Part shown: positions 14,164-28,059 of the stretch, in pieces
Position numbering within the stretch: the first letter of the stretch is position 1
Layout of the letters: the number at the start of each line of letters is the position of its first letter
Source: the human T2T-CHM13v2.0 reference genome, Homo sapiens
DNA length: 64,000 nucleotides
Assembly (NCBI RefSeq): GCF_009914755.1
Contig: NC_060928.1
Direction: 5' to 3' (one strand)
The notes under the pieces: model-generated
What the model was told of the DNA's origin: nothing
What the model saw: only the letters and a program-made list of their open reading frames with translations
Database searches by the model: none
Position numbers and translations under genes: made by a program

Positions 14164-14185
14164 GGGGGGGAGGGTGGGTGGGTGG
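14164..14185 (+). other. G-quadruplex-forming motif
   Basis: GGGGGGG-A-GGG-T-GGG-T-GGG-T-GG, four G-tracts with 1-nt loops. Confidence 0.8.
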
Positions 14186-15414
14186 TCATCCCTATGGGAA
14201 ATATGAGCTACTATAATAAATAAACTTTAAAATATAGGGAAACAAGGAACTATATTAACTGGCTGGATGGCCACATCCCAGAGACACCTCCTTTGTAGGA
14301 ATGGGGAGCATGATTTTATTAACAGTTTATAGCTGCCAATCACTGACACAACTAGTTACCTAAAATAGTCAATGCTGTTCTCATATAATGAACAGTTACT
14401 TGCAAAAAGAATTAAGCTGATCAAAGTAAATCAACAAAAATCTTGGTAATAGAAATTTTATGTAAGGTCCAGGATCACAAAAGCCACAGAAAAATGCAGA
14501 GCTAGAACCCCCATATGCTGCACTTTTATTGCAGGAGAGCCTGAAGAGTTTCCATCTGGACTGTGTCTTACCTTCTCAGACAAGGGCATGAGGGTGATCC
14601 AGTTGTGTTCCAGATTGTCTTATTGTAAAGGGCTAAGCTTAATATAGATAACCCTCAATATACACTGCCTTGGCCTTAAGGAAACTGAAATTTCTAAAAT
14701 GGTTTTAAGATGAGTCTAGTCCCTTGGGGGTCTTCCAGATGATGTTAGTTATCTAAGCTAGAAAGACATCCAGTTCCTGGCAAAAGAAACGGAACAAAGC
14801 ATTGTATTACATGACGAGACCCCCTGTTTTCTCTTTTCTCTTCCTCTATGTGAGTCATCTAGTACCACATCTCACTCGGTATCATAACTTTGTTCTGAAT
14901 GTCAGCAGTGTTAAAGGAGCTCCACAGCGGACATTTCCTTTAACCCGCTAATTCTTGCACGTGGTTTCTAGAATTTGGTGAGTCACCAGAGTGTGGGATA
15001 CAATGTGGAAGAGAAACAGCCATAGCTAGCCCTTTTTATGACTGCTGCAAACTAGTGTTGTAATATAGTTTTATGTTCCTCTTATCTGATACCAAAGTTA
15101 CCTGTATGGAAAGCCCGGGATGAAGTGTGAAACTGGTGATTATTATGGTTACTATTATTTTGTGTACTTGTCTCTTTATCGTTGAATTACTATAGATAAC
15201 AGATTAACTGTATTTAACTATCGCATATCAAGGTTGTGTAGATTACAAATTAAAATTTTTGAAAAAGAATAATAGAGTAATTTCATTTTCATAATGCAAA
15301 ATAATGTGCATTTGGTTAGGGCGGTAGAATTAATAAACCCAGTTCTGGTTTCATTATTTGGAACCTTGGTGTATTAAGTATACCACTGAAAATAATTTTG
15401 ATGGGCCAGTGCAG

Positions 15415-15458
15415 TTTAGGTCTTCAGTCTAACACTCTCCCAACTGAGCTACTTAGGC
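15415..15458 (-). pseudogene. tRNA-Phe(GAA) 5'-half tailless retropseudogene
   Basis: Reverse complement gcctaagtagctcagttgggagagtgttagactgaagacctaaa matches tRNA-Phe GCCGAAATAGCTCAGTTGGGAGAGCGTTAGACTGAAGATCTAAA; direct repeat ggccagtgcagttta at 15404-15418 and 15465-15479. Confidence 0.92.
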
Positions 15459-17571
15459 TACTCTGGCCAGTGCAGTTTAATAAGTGCCCTTTTAACGCTA
15501 AGCATGCTGGCTAGATGTTCATATTTTACAAAATGTAAAATATGATTTTTCTCTACCCTCAAGGAGTTGATGCAGGTAACATAATCACATGATAGATGCT
15601 TGCGATATCTTTAAAATGAGACCTAAATAAAATTTAAGGGATTCATTCAAACATTTATTCTCAGGCCCAGTGGGTGAACATAGTACGTATCTCATAAATA
15701 TTTATTAAATGCAGTGAAGCAGTTTTTGTAGTGCAAACAGAGCCTTTAAATGGTTGGGCAAATTATAACAGGAATTCTAGAATATGGTGGGTTAAAATAG
15801 GAAGTTATGTATGGCAATAATGAGTTTTAAGCCAGGTTTGCAAGAAGTAGAGATAAACATTTATACAGATGATGAGGAAGTGCATGTATTTTGGATAAGA
15901 TGGCAAAAGCAAGGACATAAAAATAATGATTAATTGCTTGCAAGTGATGACAAACATCTGCAACACAAGTGGATAATGATGGGCAAGACGGTGCTGACAA
16001 GCACAAAGGAATAGGATTTGCCACTTGAAGGGGGTCATTGTTGAAACAGTTTGGTTTGAGAGACCAGAATCAGAGAGGCAGGAAAGGAGTCTAGGCTTGA
16101 AGCAATTAGCATAGTGGCTGTCCAAATCGAAAGAGGGTTCTAAAAAATACATACCAGCAGAAAAAAACAAAGTATCATGATTTGGTGATGTATTTAATTT
16201 CCAAGAAGGAGTTCTTTTAGATGGTGTCACTGAGGAGGGGGAGATGAGTGACTAAATATAGCAGGAAATAAAGAGCTTTGAAATTAAGACTTGCTAAGTT
16301 ATCTATATAATTTTGTTCTGCATACAAATAGAGATATTAAACATAGTGCTGGAGAGCATGGCCAAACCTGGGAATGTCAATTTCATTTTGTTCTTTTACT
16401 TATATCTTGTATAGAAAGCCATATAAGGAGTCAAGCCAAGAAAACAAAGGAAGAAAATCATCAGTTCAAGGGGAAATAAGAAGCTGGTAGTTAATGAATA
16501 CCACGGAAAGAAGTCAGAGACAGGACAACTGAAAGCCTAATGTCATCGAATACTAAGATAGAAACAATTTCAAGAGGAAGGTTTTCATTTTAGTTGAGGG
16601 ATCTAGAATGAAGACTATATAAAATTATGTAATAGGTAATGTAATTTACGTGTGTTTATGAAACCAGAACGCATTAGTAATTTAAAAGTTCTAGGAGAAT
16701 GCTGGGACAGAAGCCAGTGGAGGTGGGAAGCGGAGGTAGCAAGGGGTGAGGAACTGAAGGACCTGGGCCTAACAGTCATTTGCAGCTGCTGAAAAAAATG
16801 ATTCATTTTCACTCTTAAATGAGTAATTACATAATGTTATTCAAGAGTTAAAAGATGACTTTCTACTCTTCATTTTTAAATGATTTTATTACTTTCTTGA
16901 AAAGTGAGTATACATGCTTTTCTGGACATAAGATACTTGGCAGTCTTGACAGGTTTTTATTTGTGCAGTGGAAAGAATTTGATCGTTAAGGGAGACTCTT
17001 AAATTGTTAAGTAAACATATTCACTTTTGGAGCCAGAATTTTATTTTGAACGCATGAAGCCTTATGAGAAATAGTACATTTTATAATGTGCTCTAATAAA
17101 GGGAAAATGGTCCTCTCAAAATAATTGAATTTCTTCTCTAATTTTTTATGTATATGTGATCTCTAAAGCTACAGTTTTATAATTATTCTTACCAGACAAA
17201 TATTACTCTGACCTAAAATGATTTAGAGTAGAAATTTCCAAACCAGTTTAGTATCTTTTTAGGAACAGTGAAATAACCTTTGGTTATTTTAGTAGTAAAT
17301 TAAATATTCAGGGTTTGTGTGGATTTATAGGACGGGGGTAAACATGCCAAGTCACATAGTGGGCATGTGTAAAATATTTAGACTTTAATAGAAAGAAAAA
17401 CCAACCTGTATTGAGTTATAAAAACACCATACTGTTGAAATGATTGATGGTTTTCTCATCACATGTAACAGACTAACATAATTTCATGAAACCTTTGCTT
17501 ACCGCTTACAAATTATCCAAAATTCTTTTGCAGTAAAGCTAACAGTATGTGCTCCTTAAGCAAAACATTGC

Positions 17572-17746
17572 CTATTTCTTTTCTTTTCTCCTCTTTCTTC
17601 CTTACTCCTTCCCTTCCCTCCTTATTCCTTCCATTCCCCTCTCCTCCTCTCGCCCTGTTCCTTCCCTCCCTCCCTTCCTTTCTTCCTCCCTCCTTCCCTC
17701 CTTCCCTTCCTCCCTTCCTCTTTCTTTCCTCCTCTCTCCCCCTTCT
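17572..17746. repeat. CT-rich low-complexity tract, (CCTT)n-like
   Basis: About 170 nt of nearly pure pyrimidines. Confidence 0.95.
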
Positions 17747-19246
17747 GGGATGTTGCCTTAATAGAAATAACAGTCTACTAGAGAAACTCAAAACATGTAA
17801 AAAATATTATACAAGGTAGAAAATGATAAAATGTGTAAGAGGAGTAAAGACCAAATTCTGTTGGAGAAAGCAGAAACTCTCAGCTGGGAAGATTAGGAAG
17901 GGCTTTAGTAGAGACACATTTCAAAGGTGTGAATGTCTTAATTCTCACTATATTCCTCTAGAAACTCATGACCACCGTTCGGACAATGTAGTATTATAAA
18001 TTGTTAATAGCGAGGGCTGTATCTTTGTAATGATGATGTTGTTACGTGAGATACTTGGCCTTTTGAATAACCATAGGTATTCAAATATTTCAGTAATAAA
18101 TAAGAGTGTTTCTCAAAGATGAGCTATAGCTTTGTTTTTGTCATGTTTAACTAGCCATGATAACCAGCTGAGATTGACAGGAGTTACTTAGGTTATCCTG
18201 TGATCAATTTTTGGATGTGGAATCATATGAGGTCATTGGTACTATCTTTAAAATTCTGCCCTTTTTTGCCTTGATGAGGGACAGTGCTGGGTGACAGTAT
18301 CCTCAGTGCTCTCCTCTGCTGGGCGTTGTGAGTCAGGAGCTCACCAAACAATAAATCATATTGTAGTGAGTGCATACAGATGTCAGATTGCAGGGGAAAA
18401 AATGGTTATAATTTTTGACTTCATGGAAAAGTGAATGGGATGGAGTGCTCAAAGTGTTGCATGACGTAAAATACCCCGTTATCTATGTTAGTTGTGCGAA
18501 AAATTGCATGAAAAATACATTTAAAGTGACGTTGTGAATGACAGAGTTTCTGAGATGGTTCCTTTGGGTACATGTGGTACAAAATGAAGGGACTTGGCAA
18601 CCTTGGTGGTATCTTAGGCATCGTATCAAGCTTAAACTTGCTAACTCTTGGCCTGGGGAGCACCAGCTCACACTGGATGCTGAACTGCACACTTGTCATT
18701 TCATGACCTCTCCCAGCCGCTGCAGTTGTGTTTCATGCCTGCTTGTGTTTTTGTTACCTTGCCTCTTGCCTTCCCAGGATAGGGCACATAGTAGATACAG
18801 GAACATTTTTGAGAATAAAAAGGTAATTTAACCTACACAGATGTACATAGTACTTCATATCTACTATTTCAGAACACTGTAGCAAATCAAGAACTTTAAA
18901 TTATTTTCCTGAACTCAGTTTTGAGGCAGTCAGCCTGCTCCTGGTTTTTAAATACTGTGTTTTGCAAACAAAAATGTATAATGAGGTTTTTCTCTGAATA
19001 CAGTGTGGTCAGTACTTTTTAATTAATAAAGTAAACGTTAAGGCAAAAAACTACCTCCACAAAACCATTAACAGACAAATATTTTATGTAAACCTTAGGA
19101 GATGTTTATTAATCGTGGTTCGGCTTGGGGCACATAGGATGTTTGTCAGGTTAGTGAATAAATTTCCCTAATGTATGTCACTGAATATTGTTAAACAATA
19201 CTCTACCTGCTTAATTCCATTACTTTAAAAATTGCAGTGAAATTTA

Positions 19247-19264
19247 TGTGTGTGTGTGTGTGTC
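19247..19264. repeat. (TG)n microsatellite
   Basis: tgtgtgtgtgtgtgtgt. Confidence 0.9.
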
Positions 19265-20764
19265 TTTTGTAGAAAAGTTATTACAATTTACGATCAAACT
19301 CACTAGCCATAAATGTTTTTGATTAATTTATATAAACATGATACTGTGGTAGTTTTGGTATGTAGAATATTTATATTTATATTTTTGTCAGTATATTTCA
19401 TTAATGTTCAAATGGTAGTGGCGGATAGTGTTTTCAAATTTGTTGAAGGATTGCGTTGAAATTCTTGAAACATGGTAGTGAAAATTGCATTTTTTCCAGT
19501 CTTTTCTTTTAAAGGTGAATTATATTCAGTTGATTATAAGAAGTCCCAAGGAAGTACTTTTTACTAGCTTTAAACTGTTCACCATAGATGTTAATGTGGG
19601 ACACCTACAGAATCCACTTTTGACATGGGGCAGGTTGCAATAGTATTGCATTACACTGTCAGCAGGTGCTGCCATGGACATTGGTGTAAAGTAAGAAGGA
19701 AGGGATTGGGATGCAGAACAGTAATTGGAAAGAGAGAAATAAATCCTTCTCTTTCAGTTGCTTCACTGATTCCCAATGTTCCAGGTAAAGTGCACCTGCT
19801 GAGTGCCTGAGAAGAACAGGTACATGCTAGCCCTCCATTAATTTCAGAGGAATGGCAGTGGACTGCATCTACCCAGCAGGTGTGCTGAGCTGAAGGAAGA
19901 AGATGGATGGGGACAGAGTATAGAAAAGAAAGCAGGTAGCCCAGATAGGGTGGTTCTCAAAATAAGAGACAATAAGGGTAGGATCTCTCCTTATAAGCTT
20001 GAATTTATCCTCCTCTAATTCCTAGTGGCACTATACATTTTAATAGTATTTGAAGCCACGTTAGAATTATGACAGCATATGTTAAAATTGTGCAAGTGGT
20101 TCAGTAATATAAGCTAACATTTCCTGAAATGATTTAAAAATCTGGCAGACTGCAAAGTTATCCTGATAAGGAACTTGGTTTTGATTACAGTAATGAGATA
20201 TACGGGATGGTGTCAGAAACTGTCTTCCAGTTGACACAATAATCCATAATTTATAGATTGGCTTAAAAATTAAAAGACAAAGTCAATTATAACTAATTAT
20301 GATGCTACATTTGCTCGAGGAGTTACTATATCCTTTGGGATAAAGGAAGTAATATTCATGTCAGTCAGGAATCTTTAGCTACAGTTTCCTGGTTCTATCT
20401 TAAGAATTTTTCAGTTTCGTTTCATGAGAATCCTAAGCCACTGAAAGCCTGAAACCCTGCTATTTTTAGAAATACTGTAGTAGCTTCTGTGTATCACTGC
20501 ACATTTGTTCCTATTCTGAACTTCTTATCTGTGCCAAATCTTCAGAGAGGTTACTGGAAGTTTTGCTCGATGACTGCTGAATCAGTCAGAAGTGAATTTT
20601 AAATTATGCAGGAGAAAATAACAATAAACTGAGTTACAGCATCAAGATATCATTGTTATTTCTGTTGATACTGGTTTCATCACTTGATAGGATTTAAATA
20701 CCCAGACTATTGCATATTTACTAAAGTTTTATTTCATCATGTCAACATTTTTTTTTTTTTACAG

Positions 20765-20804
20765 TCAAAAGCCAAATTGTCAGCAAAGGATATTACAAGG
20801 ATAG
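20765..20804 (+). other. Candidate 40-nt exon
   Basis: Long T-run then acag| acceptor and TAG|gtattt donor. Confidence 0.25.
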
Positions 20805-22122
20805 GTATTTTTAGCATCTTTTCAAGAAGTGAAAGGAAGGAGTGGTTTATATTTTTCTATAATTTTATGCCATGAGACGTGACAATTTTCCATCTTAAGA
20901 AGGACAATTAGTTCTTAGAAGGAAAGAAAAATGCATTCTTATATAAACTTCCTAGAAAATTTAGTGAGTTGATAAATTCCTAGCTGCATATCAACTTTCT
21001 ACTCTTGTGGCCTTCTTTTGTGTGAGCTTTGATCATCAAGCAGTTTCTAAGTGTTTTTGAAGCACATGTGTTGCATGTGTGGAGCAGGCCACAGTGCATA
21101 TATGTAGCATGGGCTTCTTCCAGAAAAAAAGCATTCTGAGAGTACCATTGAGGGAATATGTATTCAAAGGAGACAAGCTGCAATAAACTAGTTGTTTAAG
21201 TAATATTATAAATTGTTATCCTTTTTAGATATTTAGGGTTTCATTTTGTTGGAAAGCTTTCAAAGGGTGACCCAGTACGTGTGCCAATGACAAAAGCTCC
21301 TTGGAACAATTCAGAGCATGCTTTATGCCTTATGAAATGGGATTGTAAAAATCCTCTCAAAAATGACATCCAAAATAGCATTAAAACACAATTTCCTTTG
21401 ATAAGGCTTTACGGCACTCATATGAAAAGTGATACCACTTTGAGTGAGACTGTGTCAGCATTATGTGATGTTGTGTTGCTCATAACTGACACTAATCCAT
21501 TAAGGGTGTGAGGGTCATTTATTTTTCTTATGAAGTCATTAAATACAGTTATTGATTTCTGTTCAGTTAGATTGTACCTTCATTTAATGATCGCTATATA
21601 CATTAATGCTAAGACTTGATTTCATGCACTTTAAACAAATAGATATTGTATTTGGAGTTTAAAATAAAGTTAATGACAATTATTAAAAAGAAATTGTCAT
21701 TGATTCACTAACCCAAGATCATGTTGACCTAGAACTGTAAAAATAATATTGGTTTTTTAAAAATTTATAACCATCTTCAGTGTATTTGCTAAATAGAACA
21801 GATGACTTTTATTTCTTAAATTAATAAAGTAAAATTAATAAAACTAGTATGCAGGTCTATGTAGTATTCCCCTCTTACTGCTACTGTTTTTATAACTAGT
21901 TGTATTATTTTCTGCTGATTTGCAGATGGGTTTCGTGCATTTTCTAATTTCCTATTTTTTGCCAAGTAAATGAAAAAAGAGTAAATACCTAACCAAAATC
22001 CTTTTTCTTGAGTGTGTTAAGCAAGAAACTGGGAAAGGAAAATGAAAAGACATCAGTGTATGATATTCTGTTCTGGAAACGTAGATGAATATTACTAGGG
22101 ACCAGATGTGTTTTGGTATATA

Positions 22123-22433
22123 CAGTAGTCCCCCCTGATCACTTTTGGCAGTTTCAGTTACCCATGGTAAACCACGGTTTGAAAATAAAGTGCATACAGT
22201 ACAGTGAGGTACTTTGTGAGAGAGAAACCACATTCACATAACTTTTGTTAGTTATACTGTTATAATTGTTCTATTTTATTACTGGTTATTGTTGTTCATC
22301 TCTTACTGCCTAATTTATAAATCAAACCTTTCCTAGGTGTATTTAAGGACAAAGCAAGTATATATAGCGTTCAGTTTCAGGTATCCACTGGGGGTCTTGG
22401 AAGGTATTTCTTGCAAATAAGGGGCGACTAATG
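22123..22433 (+). mobile_element. MER44A-like TcMar-Tigger MITE
   Basis: TA|cagtagtccccc...gagagagaaaccacattcacataac...ccactgggggtcttggaa...ggggcgactaatg|TA, with terminal inverted repeats and TA TSD. Confidence 0.85.
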
Positions 22434-24833
22434 TAATCTATTTTATATTAAATTGCTTGTTTAATTGGAATCATGCAGAATTGATGTTTCTGTACATTCC
22501 CTTGAAATAATTTTGTCAAAAGAAACAGCAGTATAAAGACTTCTGTAATTTCAGATTTCTGTCATTTATTAAGACCAGTCATTTTTTCCCTGATTGAATA
22601 TATTATATTTGTGTTTTACTCGAAGGTATGCCTTAATAGTACCAGGAACTTCTAAACTTTCATAGTTTGGCAATGTTTTAAATTATTTCTTTTACCTATC
22701 CTTTTGGAATTTGATGCAGAAATTATTGGTCTATGCAATAGTGAGATGACGTTTATTAGATCACCTTTCACATGGGAAGTACTATTGGAGGTCTTTAGCC
22801 TCTAGTGCAGTAGCACCAAGTGGTACCAAGTTCATTACAGCAGCATCTTTGGAGATGTTGTATGCTCAGCACTTTTTCATAGGCATCTTGCCTGGCTCAT
22901 TGAAGGAAACCTGGGCAAGGCTGTGATATTAATGAATTATGACAAGCCTTTTGCCTGTCAAGCAGAGGTTCCCGCCTTCCTCCTTTAAGACAAAAACTTA
23001 ATGGAAGATGCTCAGATGCGCGAGCTCTCTGATGATACCCCTTAAGTGCTCTTCTCTTTCTGATGCGAATATTCAGAGAGCCGTGAAGCTGCAAGTGGCA
23101 GCATTTAATATTGCCTTTCTCATAATGCCTGAATAATTTTCCAGAGACTGATCTCTGCAGCTGCTGTGAACATGGTTATTTGTTTATTTTTCACCTTGGT
23201 CCTGGTGGAATGCTGACCTAGCCAATCTTCAGGACTCACAGGGAAAATGGTTTCAGATTCATAGCTCTCATCTTTTCTTTCAAATAAACACAAAACTGAA
23301 GCTTGTGACGTTGAGTAACAGAAAAATAAGAGGGACTGTTTCTTTAGTTTCCTTTAAAAGTGAAAAAAAAAATGACTGTATGAATGAAGAATTTATTTGG
23401 TGAAAAATGAAGACTCTCTTGCATATTTTTAATGGATATTTGTGAGAGGAAAGGAGAAAGCATAGGCTGTTGTGGTAAGCTATAGAATGTTTTCAAGATT
23501 TCCCCCCGTAGTGCTGCTCATTATGTTAAACAGTCTAGCTTTTAGCTACTGTAGTTTTCGTTTTATGTGTATTGGCCTTCATTTGCTGAAATGCTTCAAG
23601 TTCACAGTACTAAAGTCATTTTGAAAACGGGATGTAATTACAAAGGTATCTTATGCTTACCAACAGCTTTTTTGGATCAATTTAATTATCATTACTTGTG
23701 GATACTGTAAATTGAATATCCCGTCCCTAATTACATTAAACTCAGGGGTTAGCTGCTTAAACGTCTAAATGAGAAAAGTTCATCCTTTGCTATAAATAGG
23801 AGAATTGTTCTCTTATTTAGACTGACCTTGGAAGCTAAGCATTTTACATGATATTGTCAGGTGAGCATTATAAAGACAGCCTGTAATGAGATCTGTAATG
23901 AGGAACTAAGGTATAGTAGCCCTTTGAAAAGTTAATTTATTCAGCATTTTCTTATTGCATGATAGAATTAAAGTTTGTGTATATGTCCGGACCCCTTTTT
24001 AAAGGGGCCAGTCTCACTGTTCTTGGTTTACTCATATTCTGCCAGTAGTTTGAAGTGGGTTAGTATTACTATTCCACCTTAATGGAAGTCACCATTAAAG
24101 TAGTGAATTCATCTTGCCCTTTTAAACAGAGCTAATTTATTTAGGGAGTAGGAATGTTATTTTCCCTACCTTCTCCTCACTTCCTTTTACAGAAATGATA
24201 TATCAGAATTTATTCAAACCACTTTAAGCGTACATTTTCCTGAGAGGAAAAAAAAAATGCCTTTAGACATCAATAAACTGGAACGGCATTTCCCTGTTCT
24301 GGAAAATCAGCCTTTAATTAGTTGATGTGTGTGTCTTGGGTTAGTATTTGTTGTCTGTTCAGCTCAAGTGATTTTTGTGCTTTATAAGAAAACAGGGATT
24401 GTTCTGGTGGGAGATTTGATTGATTTCTGCTTGTTATAGTCATTGTAAATTTTAGTGCCATGCATAGCTACTTGCTTTTATTTACTTTGTTTTCTTTGTC
24501 AATTGTAGCTTCATTAAAAATCTCTTATCTGTTCACAGTGGAAACTCTTAAAAATGTAAGCGTAACTACTTATTTCCATAGAACAGCTCCTGCTGAGTGT
24601 GCTTTACGATTTATCATAAAAACCTGTAAGGACAAATTGAGGCTGGATGTGCTAGGAAATGAAGCCGTCCCTGGGATCACTAGAAGAGATTTCTATTATG
24701 CAAAAGAAGTAGCTAAAATGATTGATTTTGAGACTTCAGTCAAAACATACCCTGAATGTTTTCTGGATTTTCTAATGAGACATATTGTAGAATACACCAG
24801 AATAACGTGAAAAATGTAGACTTAGTAGCATAA

Positions 24834-25210
<377 letters not shown>

Positions 25211-26407
25211 TCACTTACAGCTTTTAAAAATATTTTCAACCATACTAAATTCCAGAAATTTACTTTTAGTGTGCTATACTAAATAACAAAACAACAATTC
25301 TAGAAAACTTGAATTTAAGTATAGTGTGTCTTTTAATATCTTTTAAAACTAGTTTTCTAAAAATATGGAACATTTTACACATATCACTTTAGTGGTTAAA
25401 GTTATGAAATTGAATGTTCATACAACTGGCAGTTTTCCTCATCAATTCAAACAGGCAGTGAGCTTTGGATGAAACTACATTTCTAATATTAGAGGACTAA
25501 TCATAGGCAACCTAACTTTTTAAAAACAGGCAACAATTTTATGCTTCCGATACAATTAGATACAGTTACCAATCATATCAGTCCATTAGCTGTCAAGTTT
25601 TATTCTTCTTCATAAAAAGCAATCAGAGGTAGACATTTAAACATAGATTATGTAGACACGTGATGTATATATATATGTAGCATATACCCCATCTCTACTA
25701 AAAATACATATATATATATCTCAACCTAGATGTATATAGATTAGATAGGAATTTCACAAAGCCTTGTACATGTAACTCCTCCAGAAAATGAGTCTTGGTA
25801 AGAATACTTAGATATCAGTTGTTGAGTAATGAAAACTCAGGATCATGAAAAGTAAGAATTGTTAGAAGGTGATTTGGGGCATCAGTGCATATGATGCTTT
25901 TCCTATTCAAAATTAAGTAGAGAAAGCATTTTTGTGGAAGATGGAGAGTGGTTATCTTCATTAGCATATAGATGCCTCATAGTTAAAAAAGAGTTGACGT
26001 TCTCAGTCCAGAGTTTGTGGGACCAAAATATATCTAAGACATAGGCTTCTTGGAAGGAAGGCTGACTCGTAATTTCTTTAACACCTAGTGAAACACCCAG
26101 ATGTAAGTGTTTTGATGTTGGTAATGATAATTGACACACACTAAATTTAGCTCAGAAATTAAGGCCTATTAGGAAAACTGCACTTCATCATTCATCTTCA
26201 CCTCTTGAGAAATTTGTGTACATTGTGGAATATTTATGCTGTTCTCCATGTTCAGTTAATAGTGTCACGATCCATTCCCATCACTCTAATTAGGTTTCAC
26301 CGAGATGGTACCCAATTGGGCAGTTTTGTGAACACTTTTCTTCCATTAGCTTTTTCAGTGGCTTCCTATGTACCCTCAGATTCTATTAAAATTTTTCTCA
26401 GGATCTT

Positions 26408-26716
<309 letters not shown>

Positions 26717-28059
26717 TTATTAAGAGTCAGTTTTAAAATACTTCTAGACTTCAGTGCACAGGATGGTTTATAAAGCAGCATTTGTGAAAAGTTTGCCATT
26801 AGGCAAGTTTCTAAAGAGATCTCAGGAGTCTTAAGTTATATCAAGTATTTGCCAAAACTTGGAGGTGCTCAGTAGTATAATTCTGGTAGAAGCCTGAAAA
26901 TAAAGGCATAGAGTTTTTACTTTGCACAGTTTGTGGTCATTCAATGTACTTCAACAGTGGTAGGACTGTGAAATGATTTGATTTGGTAGTAGAAACATTC
27001 CTCTGGTAAGGAAGAAGTGAATGAGGTTATCTAATCCAGGGTGATCTGAACAATGTCACTAAAATTGGAGGTTAAAGAACTCAATATTTAGGGTAACAAA
27101 AAAGAAAATAAATTACAGCCTCAATTGCAAAAAATACCTGAACATGTAATTTTTACAATTACGCTCTGAAGTGTTGGTCCCACTTTGCAGATGGCTTAGC
27201 TTAGTCTCACAGGAGTTCTAGCAGAGGCCTTCCCCAACAACACAGAACTGAGAAGGAGACTGTCTGGTATTTGAACCCAGGTTTATGTCACTGCAGAGGC
27301 TTTCAGTGAAAAGCTGCCTACCCAACTCTATTAGAGCCCATGGGTTTGGCTGGCAGTATAAAGACAAAGAAGAAATACTGAGAAAGAGAAACCCTTCCCC
27401 TCCTGCCTCTTTTCCTGTTCCTTTTTTGTGAGTCCCTTGCATCACAGCCTACCACCAGATTAATTTCCCATCATCTTCATTACTTGTCCTAAACTCATAG
27501 CAAATTAAAAAGTTCTAGTACTTTCATTGCTCACAGCACCTAAGAACTAAAAGAAATAGACAACTGATGACAGAATATGAAGTTTAATAGCATTTTCTAA
27601 CGAACTGAAAATTGAATAAACCCAACCACAAGCCAGATTCCCAGCTACTAAAATCTCCACTACCCTTCTCCCAAAATCTATTTTTTCTTTATAACATTTA
27701 CAGACTATAATAATGCTGTATACATAAACATTGAGTAGTAAATGTCATCATAAAGTATTTATGTGATTTTAAGGGGAAATGTACAAAAGCTTTTTCCATC
27801 ATGTACCTCCTGAATTAGCAATAGGGCCAAAATCCAAACGAGTGAAAAGTAATTGTTTAAGACACTTATACGACTTCTGGTTTATATAACCATCAAAATA
27901 TTGCTTCTAAGTGTTAGAAGTTGTTCTGCTGTGTGTCTGAAGCATGGGATCCCAGAAGCAAATACTCAAGTAGCTAAGGCATAATGGGCCCAAGTAAATT
28001 TTTGGGACTGATCAATGAATTAATTGAGAAATACTGAGAAAATACACGATAACTTGACA

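Noticed and set aside
15805-16230. 141-aa minus-strand ORF, the longest in the track
   Set aside because: Non-ATG start, no recognisable domain, and composition typical of non-coding or old repeat DNA
17513-17819. R/E/G-rich and P/S/L-rich ORFs
   Set aside because: Translations of the CT low-complexity tract
24460-24810. 116-aa ORF with hydrophobic N-terminus
   Set aside because: No recognisable homology, promoter or splice context; within chance expectation for 64 kb, though BLASTP would be a cheap check
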